DNA from: a virus | IMG/VR virus record: IMGVR_UViG_3300036768_001490 | Location: 32,001 to 96,000 of that record | Strand: one strand, 5' to 3' | Length of the DNA stretch: 64,000 nt | Shown: piece after piece, positions 8,994 through 19,056 of the stretch | Layout: every line of letters begins with the position of its first letter | Position numbering within the stretch: the first letter of the stretch is position 1 | Made by a program: the position numbers and the translations under genes | The notes under the pieces: generated by a model | Database searches by the model: none | What the model was told of the DNA's origin: nothing | Seen by the model: the letters and a program-made list of their open reading frames with translations, nothing else

Positions 8994-11732
8994 TTAACGG
9001 ATGAGTTTGTAGTTAGCTGCCATCGTGGCGCCGGCTTCCCAGTCTTCCAGCTTCGGGTCTTCGTATGGTCCCGGCCTGGCCATGTCGTGGCCGGCGCCTG
9101 TGTCGAACATGTTCAGCTTCTTCAACTTGAGAAAGACGCCTGGCTCCTCCAGCCACTTGCGCCTTCCCGGCCAGGGGTAGGTCTGTTCTCCCTGGTAAAT
9201 GACCGGCTTCTCGTCCCAGGGTCTTCCGCCCGAGCCGAGCCCGGTACGGCTCATGGCCATCCAGCGCGCTTCCAGCCATTTGAGCTGCTCGGTCCTGTAC
9301 TGCTTGCCTGGGTTGGTCGGAGGGTCGCGGAAGCTGAAGTGGACGTCCTGGATTGTGTCGTCGCTGCCGAGCTGGGTGGGCTGGTAGTAGCGCTGCGCGA
9401 CCTGGAAGCGGTGCTTGGCGGTGCCGGCCGTGCGCAGGGCCTGGGCCGCAGCCACCACGGCGGCACAGGTACTCTCCAGGGACGTGGCGAAGCCGTCGGG
9501 CACCTTGCCGAGGAACATGCCCTTCTTGTCTGCCATGACGCCGGCCGTGGCAAACGACTTGGTGCCGTAGACGCCGCCGCGGACGACGATGCCGCCGTCC
9601 TTGTAGGAGATCAGCTTGCCGCCGAGCAGCAGCTTGACCTCGTCAAAGATGGCATTGCTCTTGCCGAAGGAGTAGACCTTGCGGACGGTGCTGTTGCTGT
9701 CGGACGGGCCGTAGTAGAAGTTGACCTCCCCCGGCGTGAACACGTTGATGTTGTCTCCGGCCAGGTTGAGCCGGGCGCGTCCCTTGTCCGCGTCAATGAA
9801 GACCCCGTCGCTGGCCGAGCGTAAGTAGACCTCCTTGCTCAGGATGGCGCCGACCGACTGGTCGCACTTGATGATGACGCCAGAGGCAATGACGTCCTCG
9901 CCGTACCTTTGCCGGTACATCTGGGTGCGCCCCTTGGCCTTGTTCTCGATCAGGGTGCCTCCTCTGCCGCCGTTGCCGGACAGCAGCTGCATGTTGCGCT
10001 CCGCCTTGAGGCGGACGTCCTTCTCACTGGAGGAGGCATCGAAGGAGCCCCTGGCCCGCAGGCAGATCTGGTCGGCGAAGCCGAGCAGGTCGGTGCCGGG
10101 GAGCAATTTGACCTTTCCCGGCGCCTCGATGACCACGTCGCCGCCGCCCAGCAGGATATGTTCTCCGCAACCGGCGCCCAGCTGCACAGTGCCATCGTCG
10201 TGGAAGACCAGGAACGACTCGCGCTCGAAGTAGTCCACCTGGCCGTAGCGCTGGTCGATGTGCAGCTTGCGCGGCTGCGCGTCCGGCACGAACGGCCGGT
10301 CGGCCAGGTCTGCGAAGGGGACGTTCTCCTGGATACGGCTGAAGCTGGTCAGCTCGTTCTCCTGCTTGAGCGTGTAGTCCCCCCGGTGGTAATGGAACGG
10401 GTGCAGGGCCTGCCAGTTGACCAGGTAGGCGATGACGTCGTTGACCCCGGCAGCCAGGCGCATGTGCCGGTGCGGCCCCGTGAGCTGGATGTCCTTGATC
10501 CGGTGCTGCTCTCCGCCGCTGCCGACCACGCCGGAGAAGCGGTAGTTGTTCCGGTCCGCGTCGTCGCCGTTCTGGTCCTCGGGCAGGCGCTTCTGGAAGG
10601 GCACGACCAGCTTGCAGCGCTTGCCGATGTACAGCCGCTTGGCGGACACCAGGCTGTAGGAGCCGTCCAGGCCGATGTGTTCGCGGAACAGGCCGTCGTC
10701 GGGCGGGTCGCCGTTGTCCCGGTAAAGGCGCCTGCCGCCGCTGCGGCCCGGGCGCATGACCGTGCGGAAGTGCCCCTGTCCCTTGTAGCCGCCGTACTCC
10801 TGGTAGCGGTAGCATGGCTGCACGTCCTCGGCGCCGTCCATCAGGTCTATCTTGCCGCGGGGACGGTCGTACTGGACCTCGCGGTCGCTGAATTCCTGGG
10901 TGAACGGTGTGCCGCGGTCGTACAGTCCCAGTGCCTCCCAGGGGTAGGCGGCGATGCCGCGGAAGTAGTGGGCCTCCCCTTCGTCGTCCACGCCCTCCTC
11001 CTCATGCACGGAGGACTCGACCCGGAGGTACTGGCCGGCAAGCCGACACCAGGAGTCGTACCAGGACAGGAACAGGCCGCACATCTCGTTGGCCCGCACC
11101 TGGACGAGCCAGTCGTCGATGGTGATGGCCAGGCCAGTCGGAGTGATCCAGCCGTGCTCGAAGGCGGTAGCGTCCTGGGGGCGGTGGGCCGAGAAGTCCA
11201 TTGTCCCGCCTTCCCGGGACAGGCCCTTGATGGGGAACTTGTGCGCTTCCTCGCGCTTCATGCCGGAGTTGCCGCCCTGGACGATCCAGTCCGGGCAGAC
11301 CACCTCGCCCCTGGCCACGAGCGGTGGCAGGACGCCTAGGATGACCCCCCAGTGCAGACCGTTGGGGATGAAGACCAGGACCGAGCTGCCCGGTGGCAAC
11401 GGGCCGGTGCGGCGGGGGCCGCAGGGCACCAGGCCGGTGTCTTCCGCCTTGCAGGCGGCGATGAAGCCATTGCCGTCGCCGCACTGGACCTTGTACCAGT
11501 TGAGATAGGGGATGGCATGGACAACCAGGCCGCGGGTGAGACGGCCGGTGGAGCCCAGCGACTGCGTGCGCTGCTGGGACACGCGGAGGGAGTCGCCGAG
11601 GGTGCCGCCGCTGGTGCCGACCAGGGCAGACAGGGAACGCACCCAGTCGTCTAGCTCGTTGATGCGTCGGTCGGCAGGAGGCGTGAGGGGGCTGAAGCCG
11701 CCTGGGTCGGCGCGCGCTCGCTCGTGCAGCAT
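8994..11732 (-). CDS. VgrG/gp5-like baseplate hub-spike protein (putative)
   Basis: 912 aa; OB-fold-like N-terminal segment (YKVQCGDG...LPPGSSVLVFIP...GVILG) followed by beta-strand-rich repeats; within the tail module. Confidence 0.5.
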   Translation of the reverse strand: MLHERARADPGGFSPLTPPADRRINELDDWVRSLSALVGTSGGTLGDSLRVSQQRTQSLGSTGRLTRGLVVHAIPYLNWYKVQCGDGNGFIAACKAEDTGLVPCGPRRTGPLPPGSSVLVFIPNGLHWGVILGVLPPLVARGEVVCPDWIVQGGNSGMKREEAHKFPIKGLSREGGTMDFSAHRPQDATAFEHGWITPTGLAITIDDWLVQVRANEMCGLFLSWYDSWCRLAGQYLRVESSVHEEEGVDDEGEAHYFRGIAAYPWEALGLYDRGTPFTQEFSDREVQYDRPRGKIDLMDGAEDVQPCYRYQEYGGYKGQGHFRTVMRPGRSGGRRLYRDNGDPPDDGLFREHIGLDGSYSLVSAKRLYIGKRCKLVVPFQKRLPEDQNGDDADRNNYRFSGVVGSGGEQHRIKDIQLTGPHRHMRLAAGVNDVIAYLVNWQALHPFHYHRGDYTLKQENELTSFSRIQENVPFADLADRPFVPDAQPRKLHIDQRYGQVDYFERESFLVFHDDGTVQLGAGCGEHILLGGGDVVIEAPGKVKLLPGTDLLGFADQICLRARGSFDASSSEKDVRLKAERNMQLLSGNGGRGGTLIENKAKGRTQMYRQRYGEDVIASGVIIKCDQSVGAILSKEVYLRSASDGVFIDADKGRARLNLAGDNINVFTPGEVNFYYGPSDSNSTVRKVYSFGKSNAIFDEVKLLLGGKLISYKDGGIVVRGGVYGTKSFATAGVMADKKGMFLGKVPDGFATSLESTCAAVVAAAQALRTAGTAKHRFQVAQRYYQPTQLGSDDTIQDVHFSFRDPPTNPGKQYRTEQLKWLEARWMAMSRTGLGSGGRPWDEKPVIYQGEQTYPWPGRRKWLEEPGVFLKLKKLNMFDTGAGHDMARPGPYEDPKLEDWEAGATMAANYKLIR

Positions 11733-11871
11733 GGCTTCTTCTCACCTTGCGGTGCGTCTGTGGGCCTGCATGGCCCTGGGAAGGAGGAAGGTGTCCTATC
11801 CTCCTCCTTCCAGTGTTCATCCGGCCGCTGGACGTCCCTGGCCAGCGCTTGCTACCGGTCTGGAGGTCGGT

Positions 11872-12339
11872 CTATCTCACTTCCAGACCGGAGAAGATGA
11901 CGGTTGCATTGGTATTGACAACCATGTCGTTGGCATTGACGGACAGTCCCACATTGGTCAGCACGGCTCCCTTCATGTCCCATGTGTCAGGATCGGCGGT
12001 GAGACTCATGCCTCCGAAACAGAAGTTAGATGTGTGGATGGTCAATCTGTTGTCATCACACACGTCTCCGTAGCGGTCGTAGAAAGTGAGAACCTGGTTT
12101 CCCGGACCAAGGATGTGTCCAATGGTACAGGTGCCCTGTGCTCGTCCACTGACGTAGTAGTAGTGTGTTGGAGCACCCCAGTTGCCTAGCTCATAGACGC
12201 GCGTAACGTTTAGTGAGTATTGCAGGTTCAGGTTCTGCATCAGGATCCCGAGTCCCGTCACCGAGCCACCGATGACGCCTTCCTGCGCGTGCATGGCGCC
12301 GCCGTAATTGACTTCTGCCCGCTTGAATACGTCTGGCAT
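11872..12339 (-). CDS. Tail tube protein
   Basis: 155 aa directly downstream of the sheath with strong SD (AGGGAGG); motif QNLNLQYSLNVTRVYELG...GRAQGTCTIGHILGP is typical of contractile-tail tubes. Confidence 0.7.
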   Translation of the reverse strand: MPDVFKRAEVNYGGAMHAQEGVIGGSVTGLGILMQNLNLQYSLNVTRVYELGNWGAPTHYYYVSGRAQGTCTIGHILGPGNQVLTFYDRYGDVCDDNRLTIHTSNFCFGGMSLTADPDTWDMKGAVLTNVGLSVNANDMVVNTNATVIFSGLEVR

Positions 12340-12354
12340 GGTTTCCTCCCTGTC

Positions 12355-12437
12355 CAGAAGCCCCGGTCCTGACGACCGGGGCGGCTTCCTTGTGCATTAA
12401 GGTTTGGCGGCCGGCTGCTTACTCTCCGGCCGCCAGT
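12355..12437 (-). terminator. Two tandem GC-rich stem-loops in the sheath-tube intergenic region
   Basis: Inverted repeats TGGCGGCCGG/CCGGCCGCCA and CCCCGGTC/GACCGGGG; only a weak U-tract (CTTCT) after the second. Confidence 0.4.
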
Positions 12438-12443
12438 GGACGG

Positions 12444-15290
12444 TCAGATGACAAGGTGGATCTCGACGTTGTTGAACGGATAGGGAACTTTCAGGTTCAG
12501 CTTCACAACGATGCGGTCCTTGAGCGTCAGGTGCTGCCGCGGGCCATCCACGATCTCGGCGTCGATTAGCTGGCCGCCCAGGTTGGGTGTCGCGGACTCG
12601 GTCTTGAGCAGGTCGATCAGTATGTTCGTTTCCGCGCGCAGCCGCGACTCGATGGCTGGCGTGACGTTGGTGACGCCGATGAAGGGACGGAACTGGTCCT
12701 TGAAGCGGTAGCTGATCGAGTCCACGTTGGACGTCAGCATTTCCTCGCGCTGGTTGATGTCGCTGTAGCCTCCCGTGGTCAGGGCGTGCCGCGTGAAGAT
12801 CTGGCCGACGTCCGTTTCCATGCCGCGCAGGTCTTGCGTGACGATCCAGGTGCCGCCCGTAGCCATGATGTCCAGCTGCGACCGGTTGAACTTGGCGGTC
12901 GTCCGCGGGACATCGGAGAAGCCGACGATCTCCAGGTGGGTCATGCCCTGGTGCGGCAGGATGCCGGAGCGCAGGCCAGCCAGGGCAGCGTTCAGGAAGT
13001 AGCCTTCCTGGACCGTGCCGGCGGACTCGATCCGGTCGGGCCAGGTGGAGCGGATGCGGCGGTCGCCCCAGGCGCCGGAATTGCGCGCGATCTCCTCGGC
13101 TTCCTCCGTAGCACTCAGGTTCCGCCAGATTTCAAACCGGGCCGGAACCGTGATCGGCGCGCCGACACTGGACAGCAGGCGCAGCTGGTCCTCCGACTGG
13201 ACCTCGTCCACGAGGAACTCGCTGTACTCCTCGTTGCCGAAGCCGTCCGTGGTGTACAGCAGACGGACCACGTCGCCGGCGCGGACCTTGTTGCGCAGGA
13301 AGTCGGCGTTGCCCGACGTGCAGCGCAGGATAGTGTACTGGCTGCCAGGGCTCAGGGGATCGTCCTCGACGACGCCTAGGGCGACCTTGCCGTCCGACGT
13401 GGTCGGCTCGGTGTGGCCCTGGACCTTGGAGGTGGTGGACACAATCGGGATCTCGGGGATCCCTTCCTGGTTGACCCAGAGGACGCGCCAGAGTCCCTGT
13501 TCCGGGCTGGACATTGCCTTGACGTGGGCAGCGTACAGGTCAAGGACCGTCCGGCGGCGCGTCAGCGGCACCAGGCCATAGACGTCGTCCCGGCCAAGCA
13601 GCAGTTCCAGGACGCCGGCCCATGCCTCGTCGTCGTCCGGGTCGCAGACGGCGGTGAACTTCACCTCGGAGCCGTTGCTGTTTTCCAGGGCCTTGAAGAC
13701 GCCCCACTTGAGCGGGTTGTCCGGGTGCAGGGCGCCGGAGATGACATTGTTGATGTCACCGACGTCCCGGATGGTGCCGACCTCGTGGCAGAGGTCTTGG
13801 AGCCAGTACCGCACCTCGACGAACATCTCGCCGTAACCCTTGCTGGGCTCCGAGTGGACAGCGAGGGGCTGCTGCACGCCGTTCAGGGTCCACGTCTCGT
13901 CAAAGGCTATGATGCCGGACTTGACCGTGATGTCCGTCTCGCTGGTCTCCCAGTTGGTCAGCGGGGCGAAGCCCACGCGGTTTTTCTCGACCTGGAGCAG
14001 CGGCTTGAGGATGAACAGCGTGAGGTCCACCTCCGAGCCGTCCGGGATGCCCGGGTGGAGGCTGTGCCCCAGCTCCAGGGTGCGCCGCGGCCCATCGGCG
14101 ATGCCCGTGACGGGGATGTAATAGCGGTCCCCCTTGCGCAGGCCGAGGCCGCTGAACGACACGGTGACGCCGAGCGTGCCGACCGGGACGGCCACTCCGG
14201 CATTGGGCACCACGGTCGGCCCGCTCAGGTCGATGCCGTTGGTAGTGCTGACCTTGATCTGCGGTTTGACCGAGCTGGTGTACAGCCCGCCGCGCGACAC
14301 GGTGATGATGTAGGTGGTGTCCTTGCGGCCGTCGTAGGAACCGCCCGAGGTCGGCAGGGGCTGCACGAAGTTGTCCTGCACGGTCACGCGCCAGCGCTGT
14401 CCAGCGATCAGGTCGTCCGGGCTGACGTTGTTCATCCCGGCCGACAGTGAGCAGGCCGCCGAGCTGTCTGTGTCGAAAATGACGCGGAGCCCGCGCGTGC
14501 CGATCACGGTCGGATGCCCCGCCGCTGACGGCACGACGCTGGCGACGTCGTCCTCGCCGGAGCCCGAGATGACACGCAGGCGGGCCAGGGTGAAGTCGCC
14601 GTTTACCGAGCCCTCTGTGACCAGGATGTCATAGGTTTCCTCGATGTGGCCACTGGGCAGGCCGTCATACAGCGTGTGGTCGGACGTGACCGTGACGCAG
14701 TTGTCTGGGCCGTCCGTCTTGACCACGAACGAGGTGGCTGACTGCGTGCCCGGATTGTTGCTGTCTACCTCGGCGGGGCTGATCACGCTGGGCAGCTCGT
14801 CGCTGATGATCCCCTTCACGTAAGTCCACAGCGTCACGGGCGTGCTGCCGGCGATGCCACGCACCTTGACCACGTCGCCGACCTGGACGTCGCGGTCGAG
14901 CAGGCTGGAGTGGCGGGGGTAGGCATCGCCGTTGCTGGCAAAGTTGACCGTGGCAGAACGAATACGGTTGCGGTAGCCAGCGGTCTTGGTGATGACGGAT
15001 CCCTGGCCGATGGTGTCGTGGAAATACTGGAGCAAGGCGTCCTTCAGCCAGAGCTTGACGTAGCTGAAGTCTGCCTTGCCGCCGGCGGGACGTTCCGGCC
15101 ACGGGTAGGCAGTGTCTACCAGCCGGTCATAGAAGCCGAGACGCCCCTGGTCCCTCTCGTCACTGTCCGCGTAGCGGATCAGCTTGGCATGCGGTCCGCT
15201 GATGTGCGCGCGCAGCGGGTTGGCCACTGCGCTGGGGACAATGCGGAACTCCTGGAACACCAGAACCTGGGGGAGAACATAGGTAGGCAT
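12444..15290 (-). CDS. Contractile tail sheath protein
   Basis: 948 aa; C-terminal sheath-type domain (...NVDSISYRFKDQFRPFIG...DRIVVKLNLKVPYPFNNVEIHLVI); followed by the tube gene. Confidence 0.75.
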   Translation of the reverse strand: MPTYVLPQVLVFQEFRIVPSAVANPLRAHISGPHAKLIRYADSDERDQGRLGFYDRLVDTAYPWPERPAGGKADFSYVKLWLKDALLQYFHDTIGQGSVITKTAGYRNRIRSATVNFASNGDAYPRHSSLLDRDVQVGDVVKVRGIAGSTPVTLWTYVKGIISDELPSVISPAEVDSNNPGTQSATSFVVKTDGPDNCVTVTSDHTLYDGLPSGHIEETYDILVTEGSVNGDFTLARLRVISGSGEDDVASVVPSAAGHPTVIGTRGLRVIFDTDSSAACSLSAGMNNVSPDDLIAGQRWRVTVQDNFVQPLPTSGGSYDGRKDTTYIITVSRGGLYTSSVKPQIKVSTTNGIDLSGPTVVPNAGVAVPVGTLGVTVSFSGLGLRKGDRYYIPVTGIADGPRRTLELGHSLHPGIPDGSEVDLTLFILKPLLQVEKNRVGFAPLTNWETSETDITVKSGIIAFDETWTLNGVQQPLAVHSEPSKGYGEMFVEVRYWLQDLCHEVGTIRDVGDINNVISGALHPDNPLKWGVFKALENSNGSEVKFTAVCDPDDDEAWAGVLELLLGRDDVYGLVPLTRRRTVLDLYAAHVKAMSSPEQGLWRVLWVNQEGIPEIPIVSTTSKVQGHTEPTTSDGKVALGVVEDDPLSPGSQYTILRCTSGNADFLRNKVRAGDVVRLLYTTDGFGNEEYSEFLVDEVQSEDQLRLLSSVGAPITVPARFEIWRNLSATEEAEEIARNSGAWGDRRIRSTWPDRIESAGTVQEGYFLNAALAGLRSGILPHQGMTHLEIVGFSDVPRTTAKFNRSQLDIMATGGTWIVTQDLRGMETDVGQIFTRHALTTGGYSDINQREEMLTSNVDSISYRFKDQFRPFIGVTNVTPAIESRLRAETNILIDLLKTESATPNLGGQLIDAEIVDGPRQHLTLKDRIVVKLNLKVPYPFNNVEIHLVI

Positions 15291-15323
15291 CTTGTCCTCG
15301 CCTCCATGCGAGAAAGAGCGTGG

Positions 15324-16022
15324 TCATTTGGTTTCTTGCAACAGCACCCCGTCCAGCAGGACGCTCAACGGCACCTTGCGCAGCTTCAGGGACTCCTGCT
15401 GGAGTATCCAGCCCTCGCCGTAGGCCCAGCCCACGGTCACGGGGATGACAAAGCTCTCCCTGGACTCCTCAACTTCCGCGGCGGCACCGACTTCTGTGAC
15501 TTGCCAGTTGTACAGTCCCAGGTACTGACGGATGACCGGCGAGAACTGGGTCAGCTCCCGCTGCACTTCCGTTGCCAGGATCTCCGCGCTCGCGCCCGAC
15601 TCGTGGATGCAGAACACGGTATGCGACCCGACCCAGAAGGTCTGGTACTGCACGAAACCCTGTTCGGTCGTGCCGACCACGTCCCCCAGCATCATGCGGA
15701 GGTTCTGCCGGCCGTTTGCCTTGATGATGCAGGCGGGTCGCTTTTCCACCAGCTCGCCGCGCCAGCGGTGGATGCTTTCCACCAGGATACCAGTTCGCTC
15801 GTCCTCACGCCAGACCAGCCCACGCAGGTCCGGCTCCTCGATGTTCAGGGGGGTGCTGAAGTGCCGGACCAGCAGGTCACGGATCAGACCCGTTATCATG
15901 ATGGGCCGCCAGCCGAGCGAGCACAGGGCGCTGGGCGTGATCGGCTGGAGCTTGTCACGGCCGGACGGCGGTTGCGGCGGCTGCGGAGGCTGGGGAGAGC
16001 ACCAGCTGGCCGGTGTGCTCAT
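15324..16022 (-). CDS. Tail completion/terminator protein (putative)
   Basis: 232 aa immediately upstream of the sheath; size and position fit; SD present. Confidence 0.45.
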   Translation of the reverse strand: MSTPASWCSPQPPQPPQPPSGRDKLQPITPSALCSLGWRPIMITGLIRDLLVRHFSTPLNIEEPDLRGLVWREDERTGILVESIHRWRGELVEKRPACIIKANGRQNLRMMLGDVVGTTEQGFVQYQTFWVGSHTVFCIHESGASAEILATEVQRELTQFSPVIRQYLGLYNWQVTEVGAAAEVEESRESFVIPVTVGWAYGEGWILQQESLKLRKVPLSVLLDGVLLQETK

Positions 16023-16233
16023 GGATCACTGGCTCCTTCCCAAACATGACCCGGATGACGGACCGGATGTCCGGCTCGTAGGAGCGCAGGTCCAGACGCT
16101 CCAGGCCGAGGCGCTGCCGCTGTCTCCCTGGACTGGCCGGGGCCGGCTGCTGGCCGTGTTCTCCCCTGGGAGGGCGACGGAACTCCGCCAGGGGTCCAAT
16201 GGTCGCGGCGGCGCGGCGGGGATAGTAGGGCAT
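15955..16233 (-). CDS. Small hypothetical protein
   Basis: ATG overlaps the upstream TGA (TGATG), but the ORF overlaps the next gene by 68 nt. Confidence 0.3.
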   Translation of the reverse strand: MPYYPRRAAATIGPLAEFRRPPRGEHGQQPAPASPGRQRQRLGLERLDLRSYEPDIRSVIRVMFGKEPVIHEHTGQLVLSPASAAAATAVRP

Positions 16234-17123
16234 CAGTTCTCCTCGTCCGTGGACAGCAAGCCAATCCTGGCCAGCTGGTCCGGTATCTGGATCGTGTACA
16301 CGACCGAGGTGAACGGCACCGGCCGCAACTGCACCTGGGCCACCAGGGGCACGCCGCGCATCTCGGCCGTGTGCTGGACATTGTGGACGTAGTAACGGTC
16401 GTCCGTCTGCCGGGACACCCAGATGTCGCCTTCGGACAGCAGGTGGGAGCCCAGCATCTCCGCGGTGAGGACTACGTCCTGGATCGTGCCGCGCGCCTGG
16501 CCTCCGTCCAGCTCCGTGCGCCGGTACTTGGGCTGGACCTCGGCCCAGACGCACGCCATTGGGTAGTAGTAGCCGCAGCGCTTGCCCGTGCCGTAGCAGT
16601 CCGGGCAATTGGGGTCGCGGACCTCCCGGGTCATGGGGTCCAGGCAGGTCGGACAGTCCGCGCCGGTCCAGCGCCGCTTGAGCAGGTAGCCATCCTGTCC
16701 GCCGGGTCCGAAGCGGTAGCCCAGCAGGCGCTGCCGGACGATCTCCCGGGCCAGCCTCCAGCTGCGCCGGTCCAGCACGCCCATGCCGCCGGTAGGGAGG
16801 CTATAGTAGGTGCCCTGCGACGTGGTCAGCTTCACCCGGTAGTGGGTCCAGTTGGTCTTGCCCCAGACACGCTGCTCCGGGTCGTGGGCAAAGTAAACGT
16901 TCTCCACCGGCAGGCCCACGTCGGTCCAGTCGTCCGCGTCCGGGTTGCTGGTCGTGCCGACCTGGAGCTGGAACACGAGCGGGGCAGGGTCCGTGAACGT
17001 GTCCAGCAACTCCCACATGATCCGGGTCATGCCGCGGACCAGGTGGCTGACCACGACCCGGTCGAAAACGGTGTCGCAGGACGACGGCAGGCACGGCTGG
17101 CAGGTGCTGCGCTGCTCGGTCAT
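16233..17123 (-). CDS. Neck/head-closure protein with Zn-finger (putative)
   Basis: Motif LLKRRWTGADCPTC...DPNCPDCYGTG (CxxC..CxxCxGTG); located between head-tail adaptor and tail completion gene. Start chosen at ATG 17123. Confidence 0.5.
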   Translation of the reverse strand: MTEQRSTCQPCLPSSCDTVFDRVVVSHLVRGMTRIMWELLDTFTDPAPLVFQLQVGTTSNPDADDWTDVGLPVENVYFAHDPEQRVWGKTNWTHYRVKLTTSQGTYYSLPTGGMGVLDRRSWRLAREIVRQRLLGYRFGPGGQDGYLLKRRWTGADCPTCLDPMTREVRDPNCPDCYGTGKRCGYYYPMACVWAEVQPKYRRTELDGGQARGTIQDVVLTAEMLGSHLLSEGDIWVSRQTDDRYYVHNVQHTAEMRGVPLVAQVQLRPVPFTSVVYTIQIPDQLARIGLLSTDEEN

Positions 17124-17303
17124 GGCCACGCTGTCCTTCTCCCCCGGTACGCGAAGGCGACTGCCCCATTGAAGTAGGAGAGGCAAGGCAAGGTCAACTT
17201 CAACTTCCGTCCTGGCTGATAGCTAAAGAAAGCATTTCCGTCCGAAGGGCGGCCTCGCTCCGTCATGTCCCGTAGGGATGGGGCCTGGGGTTTCCTGTCC
17301 GAC

Positions 17304-18287
17304 CTAACGGACCCGGTAGCTGTAGGCAGACCGGACCTCGCCCAGGAAGCCCTTGAGGTTTATTTCGACCTTCTTGTTGTAGAGCCAGGTCATGTATTCA
17401 TTCCACAGTTGCTGGCCGTAGGCCAGGTATTCACTCTCCTTGTTCTTGTCCGCGATGGCGACGCCGCCTGCCTGGTGCTGGAGCGCATTGCGCCGGTAGT
17501 GGTGCGCCGCGTAAATGTGCAAACGGGCGATGATCCCCTGCTTCCAGTGGAAGCGGAAAGGGAAGTCCCTGGGCGTGAACGTGCGGACCGGCGGCGGTAT
17601 CTCGTTCCAGGCTTGCACCGGTTCCAGGATCGCCTGGAGCAGCTGGTCGTCGGCAAACTCCACGTTGTCGAGCAGGTACTGGTTCTCCGCCGGGTCTGAG
17701 TCCATCATGGCCATGCGGATCTCGTTGATGGTCGGCGGCCCGAGGTCGTCAGCCAGGGTCTCCCGTTTCAACGGGTAGAGGGAACGCTCCACAGACAGCA
17801 GGCCGTCGTTGACCAGGACGACCTTGCCGGCGCCGTTCCGGATGGCCCAGGACAGCTGGTAGATGCCCGCCCGCTCAACAATGTCCTCGCGCAGGGTGGC
17901 CTGCAAGACCCCGGCCAGGGGGTCGTGGGACGTGACTGGCAGCTCCCAGACAGGGTTGAGGTCGCTCACAGGTCCGTGCGCCAGCGCGTCCTTGACGCGC
18001 AGCACGGCGGTGCCGCCTCCGCCTGGCTCCGGGACGGTGGACAGGCTGCTGGAGCTGTCCGACAGCGCGCCCTCGACGTCCAGGTAGCCGGACAGGTCAA
18101 CCGCGCGCCCCCTGCGGTCCCGGAAGACGTGCTCCAGGGTGGCTGCCACGCCCTGGTCCACGATGAATGCCTTGACGCGGCGCAGGACCGGGCAGTCGTC
18201 CATCTCGTGGATGCCGGCCCGGACCACTTCCAGGGCAGGCGCTCCAGCGGGACCGCTGACATGCAACGGCTCGACAATGATGGCCAT
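17304..18287 (-). CDS. Head-tail adaptor/neck protein with N-terminal Ig-like domain (putative)
   Basis: 327 aa; N-terminal half beta-rich, C-terminal half helical (PPTINEIRMAMMD...NEIPPP...); position in the neck module. Confidence 0.4.
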   Translation of the reverse strand: MAIIVEPLHVSGPAGAPALEVVRAGIHEMDDCPVLRRVKAFIVDQGVAATLEHVFRDRRGRAVDLSGYLDVEGALSDSSSSLSTVPEPGGGGTAVLRVKDALAHGPVSDLNPVWELPVTSHDPLAGVLQATLREDIVERAGIYQLSWAIRNGAGKVVLVNDGLLSVERSLYPLKRETLADDLGPPTINEIRMAMMDSDPAENQYLLDNVEFADDQLLQAILEPVQAWNEIPPPVRTFTPRDFPFRFHWKQGIIARLHIYAAHHYRRNALQHQAGGVAIADKNKESEYLAYGQQLWNEYMTWLYNKKVEINLKGFLGEVRSAYSYRVR

Positions 18288-18315
18288 GACCTTGCTCCCC
18301 TTTCCGCCGTCCGGG

Positions 18316-18966
18316 TCAGGTCACGACAAGGTGGACGACCCTTGGACGGATCACGCCCTGCTTGAAGACCAGCAAACTGTAATCGCCCACGTCCAGCATC
18401 ATGGGGGACGTCCAGCGACCGTTGACGTCGGTACTGACTGTGGCGACCACGAACTCCTGGCTGCGCCGGCCAGAGGCGTAGTCCGCGTAGCGGAAGCAGC
18501 GGATGGACGCATTGTCCACGCGCACCCCCGTACTCGTTTCAACCGCCAGGTTGTCCGGGCCGCCGTAGTCATGGTCCACCTGGATAGGTCCGCTGCCCTG
18601 CAAATCAGCCATTTTGGCCGGTGTCACGTCGCGCAGGGAAGCGACCGTGTCCACCGCGGTGTCGGCGGCCAGGCCGATGACGCGAATGGACACCACGTCG
18701 CCGCCCTCCAGCGGCACGGGACGGCTGACAATGATGGTCTCGTGGCAGGACGGCGGCACAGCCACGTCGCTGTCAGGAGAGAGCGGCACGCTGTTGAGGC
18801 GGATGCGGGCCCGGTACAGGCCGCCGCCGGCCAGTGGCCTGGCAGGGCTGCCCAGTGCCACCCGGGCCATGACCTCGATGGGGGCCGTCCCGGTGTAGAC
18901 GTAATGCAAGACCTCGACCTCGTCCGCGATGCTGATGTTCTGCTTGACCACGCGCGCGAGTTCCAT
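18316..18966 (-). CDS. Hypothetical beta-sandwich virion protein
   Basis: 216 aa with SD; C-terminal motif (TVSTDVNGRW...LDVGDYSLLVFKQG) resembles transthyretin/carboxypeptidase-regulatory-like folds. Confidence 0.4.
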   Translation of the reverse strand: MELARVVKQNISIADEVEVLHYVYTGTAPIEVMARVALGSPARPLAGGGLYRARIRLNSVPLSPDSDVAVPPSCHETIIVSRPVPLEGGDVVSIRVIGLAADTAVDTVASLRDVTPAKMADLQGSGPIQVDHDYGGPDNLAVETSTGVRVDNASIRCFRYADYASGRRSQEFVVATVSTDVNGRWTSPMMLDVGDYSLLVFKQGVIRPRVVHLVVT

Positions 18967-19056
18967 TCTCCACCCCTTTGCCTCTGCCTCCTCCGTTTCC
19001 TGGCATGCGCGCTGGTCCCTGGCCAGCGACCAGTGTGGGCTTTCCGCTGCCGTCTG

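Noticed and set aside
303-15290. eCIS, tailocin or T6SS locus
   Set aside because: Capsid, protease, scaffold, neck and a very long TMP are co-encoded, indicating a complete phage.
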